Shown piece after piece: positions 35,701 through 45,922 of a stretch of DNA of 64,000 bases. Each line of letters opens with the position of its first letter. Position 1 is the stretch's first letter. Position numbers and translations under genes: made by a program. Source of the stretch: Entomortierella parvispora E1425 (taxonomy: Eukaryota; Fungi; Mortierellomycota); contig BQFW01000004.1 of assembly GCA_020891255.1 (NCBI GenBank), positions 2,837,439 through 2,901,438 of the forward strand. Direction: 5' to 3'. The notes under the pieces were generated by a model that worked only from the letters and a program-made list of their open reading frames with translations, had not been told where the DNA came from and made no database searches.

Positions 35701-36001
35701 CGTAGTGACAGTTGGTCAGGTCGCGATTCCCGAGTCGACCACCAAAGCAATGGAGTGCAGAGTCATTCACGAGGACGATGGCGGAGCCCATGAGAGGTGG
35801 CGGAGGGATTCCTGAGGTGGAGCTGGAAGTGATGGCGAGCGACTTTGTTGACAGCTGTTGTTTGTGTTGCAACGTTTGTTGTGATTGTGGTTGGGGTTGT
35901 GGTTGCACCTGTTGTAGTGGTTTATATTGCAGTGGGCCTGTGTCCGTTTGACCAAGTCCGGGACCACGGTTGCTCAGAGATCCCACAGGCACAGTCATCA
36001 T
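32741..36001 (-). CDS. Mds3/Pmd1-like kelch-repeat + BTB protein with a poly-Gln C-terminus
   Basis: Kelch motifs are LHCFGG, PRYFHT...LILFGG and PRWAHMA...LVVIGG. Mds3-like signatures are IYLYSNFNF...RELKVI and LPPGLRFP. The BTB-like segment is SDMHV...LATRWPEF...FLHYIYTG. The ORF is intronless with likely ATG at 36001. Confidence 0.8.
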   Translation of the reverse strand: MMTVPVGSLSNRGPGLGQTDTGPLQYKPLQQVQPQPQPQSQQTLQHKQQLSTKSLAITSSSTSGIPPPPLMGSAIVLVNDSALHCFGGRLGNRDLTNCHYVLDVNTGCWETLQAATQPGTTASTKDSTTMLSLSLTTDPVETSSGSLSDELSLPPQPRYFHTLNAYGTSLILFGGMGKVRGDEDEENANDGSNKDEGSSDPPSGHLEALNDLHVYDIITQRWQQKHPPVNQHSPKPRWAHMATVLDHYLVVIGGTDTLKAYVEDACVLDLQTWEWVASMQNIGQCGTYRTVAATGPSKQSSTMSEPASPSFPSSGASSPQTSANLAWPESGPVDAMASISMVLSGQISAPSSQSTSSAKEGEDSESSDSSSRDTQQKKYQERLMSGELTPAFRTGREVPSIYLYSNFNFQHLQRELKVITPHYTHPPPPYTDQPALSSPPPSFSLVEKSQALNMMGHELPPGLRFPQGHVYQNQLIISGTLMAPGKKPTLAIYAFNLTHYKWEQLSTDTTLEIGSWNRTVLHPATGTLLVFGNYHSDAEADYSNRLQHHDHLMMINLQAYGLYERPIPSLPQCGQDLGSDLLLNPSLSDMHVASSSGALFGACSTVLATRWPEFSTLLLSPPYVTPLILTLPVPDEVVPVFLHYIYTGALPNITAGVADYLLILARKYELNGLYALTMDALHAMVAQNPIRIHTVALMAGELGLQARAVAMAMMTSAAVAAPMQQPPALQPPPVLPRETVDGKMEFPPIPAMKGNVSPVSVHKRLSANVARGHSGSVPQPPTRPPHPERPQHHHPQLPTLPLSQPFQPQQQQLEQPLVHLHSFQQPQQIQHHQRAESIHSINTDGGQMLVDGLYQQYTGAQRPQPPSTAPEDYENGQSTAMRAAYGYNNGVNNYAASYMSTSSGGSNGYLRQQQQQQQQQAIVYQAAYPSPISPSFQQHPFGSLSAPSGFEEYQQQLQQLPLSPQQQQQLYLAQQQEYLQQQQLLYEQEHLRGQEMMVMEQHRLQHQRYLAKQQQMHQQQQQQQQQQQQQQPKQQAAAESISGSSKSSGKDKDKEKDGKKEKSFLKKMKPPKPTASGADLMRSAGF

Positions 36002-36337
36002 GGAGGAAGAAGAGGCAAGGCAGCAGGAGGTATTATTATAGCTAGAAGAGGTGTAGGTCCTTGAGGACGGAGAAAGAATAGGCAACGACGACTGCAATGA
36101 CCAGCAGGCACGAATGTGGAGAAATGAAAGTCAGCAGGAGAAACAAGGACGACGTTGAGTGGATAAGGGCACTGGTAGGCACACGACAGGGGTACCTTTG
36201 AAGGTATCCTTTCCAAGGATGTGCGACGAGGGAGAAGATCGAGGGCGTATGTACAGAGGAAGGAAAGAGTGGAGAGAAGGAGAGAAGGATGGGCCAGGAG
36301 TGGAGGTGTGGGGATGAGGCGGTGGGCAGAGAGAGGA

Positions 36338-36405
36338 AGAAAGAAAAGGAGCGAAAGAAAGAAAAGGAGCGAAAGAAAGAAAGAAAGAAAGAAAGAAAGA
36401 CAGAC
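36338..36405. repeat. (AAAG)n-type microsatellite
   Basis: aagaaagaaaaggagcg x2 followed by (aaag)n, read directly. Confidence 0.8.
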
Positions 36406-36570
36406 AAAGCCTTTTCTGCATTGTTGTGTCCACGCCCAAATGCTGTCTGTGCCTTTGTCCGCTTCTTTTTTTTCTTTTGGTCGAGTGTGGGGGGACAAGG
36501 CACTCCCCCCCCACCACCCACAACTTTTTCTCTGCCTGCGTGCGTACATGCAGGCAGGCGCGTGCATCCT

Positions 36571-36585
36571 TGCTGTTGCTGTTGC

Positions 36586-36636
<51 letters not shown>
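36571..36636. repeat. (GTT)n/(CAA)n trinucleotide microsatellite upstream of the Mds3-like gene
   Basis: tgctgt x3 followed by an uninterrupted gtt run to 36636. Confidence 0.95.
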
Positions 36637-38260
36637 CGCAGCAGCAACAGGCAGCCGTTGTGAATGTTTTCCATCTTCATTGCACGCACACAGAGGAGAC
36701 GCGTGCATGTTCTGGCATCGCGCTCTTGTGTCTCTTTCTCCACTCTCAGTCTCTTCCTTGCTCTCATTCACGATCGGCTCCTCACTTTCACTCATCCGAT
36801 TGCCCCACTGACTGCTGCAGCTCTTCGACCGCCACCCATCTTCTCCACCTCTGCTCTCCCTCGAGGTGCAGCAACCTGTCTAAACTCTGTGCAAAGTATA
36901 ACTGCCACTGGAGAACCTTGATGACATCTCTCCAGACTGGTCGAGTGTTCTCATCTGTCTCTCCTCCTCCACAACCCAACGCCACAGCTTGGAAGCCTGC
37001 AGCTCTCAACTCTTTCTCCTCGGCCTTTACTCAGCTCTTTCTCGACGACGGGAGTCCGACAGCTGCTGGAAAGACGAGGGACGCGAGAGATGTGGGGTGA
37101 TGTATCTGCTCCAATTTAGTTTTTGAGCGACCACAGGCGAAGGTCAGTGTGCCTGCTATTGAAACACTCCAGTCACTCATTCGTCCAGAGATGAACGCTC
37201 GACGTGATCCTGCAGACTGCCCAAGGCCCTTTCGTTCATTTTAAATCGCAATCACTCAAGCACATGCCATCTCGTGCATGTTGTGGAAGCAAAATCCCCG
37301 TCCAAAGTCCAAACACCATTGTCATCATATCATGAGAAAAAGCAGTGGCACAAGCTTGGGCAACAACAACAGAGAAGAAAATGATGAGAGCCGACGATAT
37401 TGCCATGGGCTACCGGCGCGGTTGGTTGCTTCGTTGGACAAAGCGATCAAAGAGTGTGAGTTTCGGTGGGGGACAAAGACACAAACAACCATGTGCATCT
37501 CTGCTTGGACTCGAGCTTTTCACTAGCGCGCACGAGCAAATTGGGCACAGGGTGCTTGTATGTAGCGACCAAGCCGTTCGATCAAGGATCTAACGGCCAT
37601 TGGAGTGGTTTGCCACTAAACCATTTGAAAGAGGCGGGTCTGGCAAGTTTGTGGTGATGTCCAGGTTTCTTTGCCGATGCACAGACAGTGCGAGCCGTTC
37701 GAATAGACGGCAGCCTCTCTCAAGGCTGTTGGATCTCGCTCTAGTGCGTATGAGCAACTGAAGAACAGAGAGCTGAATTTGCGATTTGTGGTTTGACCAA
37801 CCAACGGCTCGACCAGCAGCGGCCTCGGGTTTGTCATTCGATGACAACGTTCAGCCACCCGTTTTGCATTTCGCCACCAATTCGCCTCTTTCCTGATGGA
37901 GAAGCAACGGAAGTTCTTGACAACATGAATATCCCAACCTAGAGCTTGCCTTTGCATGCACGCACAGGGTTTCTATCCCGATCGAGCGGGATGACCGACG
38001 CACTTGGTGCAGACCCCCATTTCAGTACTCTCTGTCGCAGGCAGCAGCAGCGAAGGGTGATCGCACTGCGGTGACACCCAAAACAGCGACGGACGACAAT
38101 CATTCCCCAGGATCGTCTCGCTGTCGAACGTGTGACGTTGTTGGGGAGGATCACCCTCTTATCTGCGTCTGATAAAATCTCAGCCGTTTTTTTTTCTTCC
38201 CTTCCTTCCCATTTCTTTTCATCCCCATTCAAAACCCAACCCCATCCTCTTTTTCACATC

Positions 38261-39830
38261 ATGTCCACCGCTCTCGACCAGCTCAAGACCTTCACCACCG
38301 TCGTCTCTGACACCGGTGACTTTGAGTGTATGTCTGTCATTGCCATCGAACCTTCTTGCATGCTCTCGTTTGTTCTCATGTGACTGATCGCGTTGCTTCG
38401 TGCTTTTTTCTATGCGTTTCTTTCATATAGCCATTGCCCAGTACAAGCCCACCGATGCCACCACCAACCCCTCGTTGATCCTCGCTGCTTCCCAGAAGCC
38501 CAACTACGCTCACTTGATCGATGACGCTATCGCATACGGAAAGAAGATCGGCGGGTAAGTTTTTATTATCACTGCGTAGTCGTCATAGTTTCGTCGGCAA
38601 GGCTGCACAGCAGCTTAAAAGAAAGGGACTTGGACGCGGTGACTGGATGCCGAGCTGGCTCTCTGCCCTATTGTTCCTGTTGCCAAGTTGCTGGACGCAC
38701 GCAACAGGACAGAAGTTCGATCTGATCAGGCTGCGCAGGAGCGAAAAAAAATGGAGTTTTGGTCGGACGAATGGGATCAAGTTCCCACGGCCTGTACGAG
38801 ACCACCTTTCATCGATACTGCCCAAATGCCATGTTTACGTGTACAACCGATGTATAGGTGCACGGGTTGCAGGACAAGAGGAAGGAGAAGAAAGGCGGAC
38901 ACAACCACTCAATAGAATACCAATCTTGACCAAAGCTCTTACTGTTATTCTTTATTTTTTGCAGCTCCATCGAGTCCCAGACTGAGTCTGCTCTCGACAA
39001 GCTCCTTGTCAACTTTGGTGTTGAGATTCTCAAGATCGTTCCCGGCCGTGTCTCGACCGAGGTTGATGCCCGTCTTTCTTTCGACAAGGAGGCCACCATT
39101 GCCAAGGCCAAGAAGATCATTGGTCTTTACAAGGATGCTGGTGTCCCCAAGGAGCGTATCCTCATCAAGATTGCCTCGACCTGGGAGGGTATCCAGGCTG
39201 CCAAGCACCTCGAGGCTGTTGAGGGCATTCACTGCAACTTGACTTTGTTGTTCTCTTTCGGCCAGGTAAGAAACATGACTCTGGACTGAAGAAGGGTTCT
39301 CACGTTGCAGCTCCATACTGACATGCAGTTGTTCCGCTGGTTAATAGGCTGTGGCTTGCGCTGAGTCAAAGGTCACCTTGATCTCGCCCTTCGTTGGACG
39401 TATTCTTGACTGGTACAAGGCCTCGACCAAGAAGGAGTATGTCGGAGCTGAGGATCCCGGTGTCATCTCGGTCACAAAGATCTACAACTACTACAAGCAG
39501 CACGGTTACAAGACCATTGTCATGGGTGCTTCTTTCCGTTCCGTTGGCGAGATTGAGGAGTTGGCCGGATGCGATTTCTTGACCATCTCCCCCAACTTGT
39601 TGGATGACCTCCACAAGTCCAACAAGACTTTGGAGCGCAAGCTCTCGCCCGAGATTGCCACCTCCTCCGCCCCTCAGTACGCCAAGGTCTCCTTCGACGA
39701 GGCTGCTTTCCGCTGGGAGTTGAACGAGGATCCCATGGCCACTGAGAAGTTGTCCGAGGGTATCCGCAAGTTTGCCGCTGATGCTGTCAAGCTCGAGAAG
39801 CAGCTCGCTGAGAAGTTGGGCCACAACTAA
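38261..39830 (+). CDS. TAL1: Transaldolase, 4 exons (38261-38327, 38431-38554, 38965-39265, 39348-39830)
   Basis: Motifs are [67 protein letters not shown] and [10 protein letters not shown]. Exon phases are consistent. Confidence 0.97.
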
Positions 39831-40152
39831 ATCATGTCCATTTGCATGACTCTCACTACTCTTGACTTGTCATCATTGCTTCCTATGTTCACGCACTTTC
39901 ATCTATCATTTGCATGGACTCCAAAATGTAAATAATAAAAAAAAAAAACAGTTTTTGTTGAAAAACATCAGATTGCCATTATTGCTCAACAGATTACCGG
40001 TACTGTATTCTCACCGGGGTTTCAAGATGAGTCAAGGCCTCAAGCAAAGTCGTCAAAATGTCAACCGCTCTACCTTGACGTTTAAGATAGCACGCAATGG
40101 CCATGTAGCACATTTTTGTTCTCTTTGGTATTTATTGATAGGTGTCAGTTGT

Positions 40153-41620
40153 CTACAACGAGGTCGGTACAGAGATCAAATGCCTCATTCGTTCCACCTT
40201 GACTTTGAGGTAGCGGTCTAGTTCCTTGCCCTTTACGATCTTGTTCTCAACAGCGCCTTCCTTGACTTCAAACTCATCCAGACGTCCTTGTTCAAGGGCC
40301 TCCCAAGACTTTGGCATCATGGGTACACGCTCAACAACCTTGATCTCAGAGTTCTTTTCGACTTGCTCAATTTTGTCTGGGTTGTTGGTTAAGAGTCGGA
40401 TCTGGTTCTGACCCAAATCTTCAAGGATCGCTTGCGCAACTTCATACGTTCGTTCGTCGGCTCCATGATTCAAAAGCAAATTGGCCATTACGGTATCATA
40501 ACCGAGATCCTGCAGATTGTATGCCCTAGTAGAGTAGAAAAAAGGAGAAGGAGTAAGTATCCGTGGATGATGGTATATTCAGGACTGAGTGTGTTGTACA
40601 TGTTGATCAATGTGAGCTGAAGCGGGGAACTATCCACTTTCAATTCTTTATCCTATTTCACATGGGGTCGGAAAGCGGGATAAAAAAAAATAAAAAAAAA
40701 AAAAACTAAAAAACATACTTGAGTTTCTCGCCCAAACCAATGCCACGGCCTTCTTGGCGCAGGTATACGACTACACCGGCCCCCTCGGCCTTCATCAATC
40801 GGATCGCCTCGTCCAATTGCTCGCCACAGTCGCATCTTGCAGAGTGACCAATCTCGCCTGTGAAGCACTCCGAGTGAATACGGACCAGGGGTGCTGATGC
40901 AGCTGTTCCCGCTGCTTTGGGTGTATCCTCCATGACAGAATCTTCAGAATTGATAGCGACAGGGGTGGCGATGGTGGTATCTGTCATCGATGTCTGGTTC
41001 TCATTCTGGACAGAGCTCACCAGTCTTCCTGTGTATGCTCCGCGCTTCACTCGATCGGTCTCGGTCTCGTTCGGCTGGACTCTATCCAGGGACTTGGAGC
41101 GGATCTGGTCTCCAAAGACAAACGCCAAGTGCTCCTTCTTGTCCATCGTGTTTTCATAAATATGCAAAAAGTACTCGGATCCATCTGGTGTCGGGATGCG
41201 GGCTCGAGCAGTACACCACGCGACAGAGTCTTTCTCTACTGGCTTTCCTGTATGCTTTTTGGTAGGGCTCAAGACGGCCGGGGAGGAGGCTGCTGCTATG
41301 GTCTGCGATGTGACCTTCAATGGTGGGGTCGCTGGAGGAGTGTTGTAAGTGGGTGCACTCAAGGAGGAATCGACGGCGGACAAACGGCGAGGTGTTGGGT
41401 TCTGAAGGCTTGTTGTTGGGTTGACACTGTGAGCGTCTTGCGAAGAATTGTGATTGGTATGATGATGACGGTGCGAGTGGCTGTGATGGTGTGCATGTCC
41501 GTGAGAGTGCGAGTGACTCTTAAAGAAGAAGGGACTCATGTGGTCAATGGCGTTCCTTGGGATGTATCCAGCAGAAGGAGCCACGGCTGGAGCTTCGTTC
41601 ATGGAGATGTCGCAGGCCAT
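40153..41620 (-). CDS. RIB1: GTP cyclohydrolase II (riboflavin biosynthesis), 2 exons (40719-41620, 40153-40525)
   Basis: Motifs are [12 protein letters not shown]...[44 protein letters not shown] and [10 protein letters not shown]. Confidence 0.95.
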
Positions 41621-42735
41621 TGATTGAATGTTGATGGTAAAGTACTGGGTATGATTCGATCGACTTGTTCTTATTTAGACAGGGCACAGAGCGACGGATG
41701 GAGAGATGAATAGAGGATGGAGGGATGGATGGGAAGTAGAAGAGAGAAGGAGAGAAAAAGAGAGAGAGAGGGAGAGAGAAGTGAGTCGAGGAAAGCGCCT
41801 TTTTTGGTCCTGTTCCTGCAGGACCTGACGGGAAATCCTGTTGCCTCGGACGGACAAACGGCAGTGGACGATCGCAGCGCAAAGTGACGGGCGCGGCGGA
41901 CAGACGTGGAGAAAAGACCCACCGATCGCAGCCGGGCCTCTTGTTGTCCTCAACGCTTATTTTCATCATTTTCAAGGTCCTGACCGAGTCTGCGCAACCG
42001 CACAGCCAACGGCAGCAGTGGTCTCTCCCGTCTCTGCCTTCATCATCATCAGCATCGTCGACATCGGCATGGTCGCCCTTATCAGCTCCATTGTTGGGCG
42101 ATTAATTGTTACAGAGGCGGGCCAGCTGAAGCAATTGCGGGCTGGTTTGTCCTTTTGGCGGCTCGCACAAAATTTCCAGAACGAGTGACTCGAAGAAAAG
42201 AGCCCTTCCTCTTCCCAGGTGAGGGGTTGTCGTGTGCGCAGTACGATGGCCAACTTTGCCGACCAACCTTCAGAACTCAGTTGGGCAGAGTCATCTGCGA
42301 TTCATCATAGTAAACGCACTTTTACGCGCAAGAGCCGCAAACGCGATGTGTCCACACACCTTGTCCCATGTTGTATTACGTATATCTTGTGGCCATCCCA
42401 AGTCCTAGTAGACCGGGCGTCAATGACCATCCCCCAATTGTGAAGGCCTCACGATCGGCCGAGTCTTCGAAGCGCGGCCGAGTATCATGATCAAAAAGCA
42501 AAGGACATTTATGATAAAAATAATGCAAAAGGTGAAGAGGTTTAATGAGTGCGTGTGGTTGTTATGAAAAGAGTGGGAGCATATCAACTCCTTCCTCCTT
42601 CCGGGGGGTCCTCGCAATGTCCCCCATCCTCCATCCGAGATGATAATCTACAAAAAGCAAGGCATGTAATCAAACAAGAAAAATAATAAAAAGAGGTACG
42701 GTAAAGAAAAAAGAATGAAGACTGACGGGAGATAT

Positions 42736-44674
42736 TTACTTCTTCTCCTTCTTGTCCTTCTTCTCCTTCTTCTCCTTCTTCTCCTTCTTCTCCTTCTTGT
42801 CTTCAACAGCCTCCTTCTTATCCTTCTTATCCTTCTTCTCCTTCTTCTCCTTCTTGCTCTTCTTCTCGGATTCCTCAGAGTCAGACTCGGCCTTGCGCTT
42901 CTTCTCTGGTGCTGAAGCCTTGACAGTGGCATCTGTGGAGGTGTTGTAAGAGGAGGAAGCGACGAACTCGTGCTTCTTCTGGTTCTTGGCGTTACCAGCG
43001 GCCTTGCGATCGGCACCGCTGCTCTTACCACCGTGGCCCTCGAGAACTCTCAAACGAGACTCAACCTTGGCGCGGCCAGCGATACCGACATCGGGGGTAT
43101 CAGTCTCACCGAGAGCATCGACACGGACGGAAAGGGAAGCCTTGGTGGCGACGATACGGGCAATCTTACCCTTGTGCTTGGGTCCAGCCTGACCGATCAA
43201 GGAGGCGTGGTAGATCAAACCGTACTTGGGTGTGTCGTGCTTGGTCTTCAAGGCGCGGAAAAGAGCCTTCTCGGCACCGAGAATCTGGATGGTGGAGGCG
43301 GGGTGCTTGGCCAAGGTCATGAGGGAACCGGCATGGGCAATGAGACGAGCACCAACCAAGTCACCAACGAGGGCGGTCAAGTTGGGGGCAATGGCGTTCA
43401 TGCGGTTCTTGAGGTATTCGTAAAGCTGGGTGCGGTATTCGGTGATGGAAATGATCTGGTCGCAGAGGGCGTGGATGTTCTCCAAATCCTCATCGGCAAT
43501 CTCAGTACCCATGGAAATCTCGGAGGCCTCCTTGAGCTCCTGCTCGAGTTCCTCGGGAAGAATATCGGACATGTCGGTGGTAGAGCAGTTGGCGCGGAAA
43601 CCCATCTTCTTGACGATCTTGGCGTAGGCCAAGTTGTCAATGATCAAACGGGTCATCTCGGGGAAGTGCCAGCCGTACCACTCCTTGACACGCATGGCGT
43701 AGGTGTTCAACTCCTTGTCCAAGTCGTCCAAGAGAGCAATGGCCTGGACAATCATGGTGTCGACTTTGTCGGGGGAGAACTTGAGTTTATAACGGGACAA
43801 GGAGTGGGAGAGACCCAAGACCATGGCGTTCAAGTCAGACTTTGACAATCCAGAGAGGAGAGAATCCAACTGGTTACGGATACCACGGTAGAGGTCGAGG
43901 GTGGTAGAGTCAGAAAGGACCTTCATGTTGAGCTTCTTGGCAATGGCACCACCTACAATTAGAAAGGACGATTATGTTAGGCGACCGTGCAAATGTGATT
44001 GAGAGTTGTGCAGGCTGATCATCTCAAGTACGATCTCTTACCGAGCTTGGCATCTCCGACAACGAGAGACTCCTTCTTCATCTCCTTCTCGCTGATCTCC
44101 TTGGACAAGAACTCCTTCAAGTTCTTGGAGAGCTTTCCCTCAACCAAAGCAGTGACGGCAGACAAGGCATCAGTGGTGTTCTCGAACTTGGTGAAAGCAC
44201 GGAGCTTGACGCTGTGGATAGTAAGAAATGTTGATTGTCAGTATGGTTTTCCAGTTTGTTTGGATTCGATGCAAGCAAGAAAATATGAGAAGCTTGAGAG
44301 AGATAGGAAGTATCCTCTTCAATTGAAGCGGGGATCAGGTTTGGTTGCGTATGGGGATAGTGAGGAAAAGCAAGATCGCACTGAAGCATCGAGTGGCCAA
44401 GGCACTGAATGATTACTGCTGATTGTCAAGATTGTGGATTGCAGTTGAAGTTGCAGAGATTGAACGGTCGTTGCTGGGCTGATTGTCTGAATGAATGATT
44501 GCTGATCTAGGGATGAACGAGAGAGAAAAAAAGCAATCACGGGGGGTCTTACGTCTTGTTGGCCTGCTCGGGAGTCTCAAAGTCCTTCCAGATGGAGTCA
44601 GGCTTCTCGAGCTTTCCATCGTCCAGGAGGGTGAAGAGGGCATAGCCCGCGGGGGTCTCGTACAACACAAGCAT
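42736..44674 (-). CDS. NOP58: Box C/D snoRNP protein Nop58, 3 exons (44553-44674, 44042-44211, 42736-43952)
   Basis: Motifs are [51 protein letters not shown] and [32 protein letters not shown], with a KKE/D tail. Confidence 0.97.
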
Positions 44675-45184
44675 GGTGGGATGGAGATATGAGAGGGAGG
44701 GAAAGGGTGAAGGATGGAATGAATGTGAGAAGGGAGAAAAAAAAAGAGACAACAGAGAAAACAAGTGACTGTTTGTTGTGTTTTCTTTTTTTCTTTTTTT
44801 TTTGCAGCCAGCAAAAAAAACGTGACCTTTTGTTCTTTTGAACGGATTTGACTCAAGGGGCGCTGGTATTTTTGTGGATCAAGCTTTCATTCGTCTTCAG
44901 TCTTCAGAGGGTGTGGGTTGTTCTTTTGTGCTGCGTGAAGCGCGCCATTCATGGGTAAAAAGACTGTTGACCACCATTGTCAGTTGAAGGTACAAGTAGT
45001 CAGGGCAATAGTCGCATCAACTGAGTGGTTTGATCTCTGTTTTCGAAGGTTGAGAGAAGCAAAATGATGGCACAGACAACAGACAAACAACCGTTGATCG
45101 ATCATGTCTCGATACGACGAGAGAGCAAGGGAGAAGAAGAGTCCTCCGAGAAGAGAGAGACCAGTACCTACTGTACATGTACAG

Positions 45185-45700
45185 TAGCAGAGAGAGAGAG
45201 AGAGAGAGGGAGCGAGAAGAGAGCCAAGCAATTTGACAGCGCAAGCACAACAACAGAGCAGACACAGCCAGCTGCTCCCGTTGAATGAGTCCAAACAAGA
45301 AGGTCCAGGTCCTGTCCTGTCTGATGCCATCTGGCGAATCGGCGCGATCCAACGCACAGAGCCCTGTCCTGTCTCGTCCCTGCCTGCCTGCCTGCCTGCC
45401 TGTGTGCCTGTCTGCCTGCCTGCCTGCCTGTCTGCACACCGCACACGAACACATACAGTACATCCAATCATCCAATTTAATCTCATTCGTTCATATTCAC
45501 ACCCACCCCTGGGAAAGCAGAGCGGTCGGTCTCCCTCTCCCTTCGAGGGTGCTTCTCCACGTCGCTTCGCCCCTTCGTCGCATCCCTTCCCTTCTCTTCT
45601 GTTCTTTGACCCCTCCCCTTCCCCTTCCCTTTGCTTCCGTGCTCTTTTCTCTTTTCGCGCCCTGTCGCTTCCTTCCTTCCTTCCTTCCTTCCTTCCTTCC
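45185..45700. repeat. Microsatellite cluster in the NOP58 / acetyl-CoA transporter divergent promoter: (AG)n ~45187-45208, (GCCT)n ~45380-45434, (TTCC)n ~45668-45700
   Basis: Read directly from the sequence. Confidence 0.85.
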
Positions 45701-45922
45701 GTCCTCTTCTTCTTTTCTATAGACTGCTGTCTTTGCTTCATCCGCATTCCCATCCTCACTTCTTTGTCCTCGCCATCATCTTTCTTTTCTATTACGCCCC
45801 ACTCCTCTCCATTCCACTGCTTCGGACAAGGTCCATCATCCTTCCTTCTCTCATTCATTCACTCATTCTCGTATTCTCTCCGTTAAAAGTCATCATCCCC
45901 GCTACCGCCTGTTCCCCCCCAA

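Noticed and set aside
38670-38715. Hairpin (cctgttgc...gcaacagg) followed by ACAGAA in transaldolase intron 2, as a possible H/ACA snoRNA
   Set aside because: The hairpin is too short, with no clear pseudouridylation pocket or second hairpin. An Infernal/snoReport scan would be needed to revive it.
42736-42900. [11 protein letters not shown] repeat at the NOP58 C-terminus
   Set aside because: This is the normal KKE/D tail of Nop56/Nop58.
44212-44552. NOP58 introns as possible box C/D snoRNA hosts, as in vertebrates
   Set aside because: The sense strand has CTGA but no RTGATGA box C or terminal stem.
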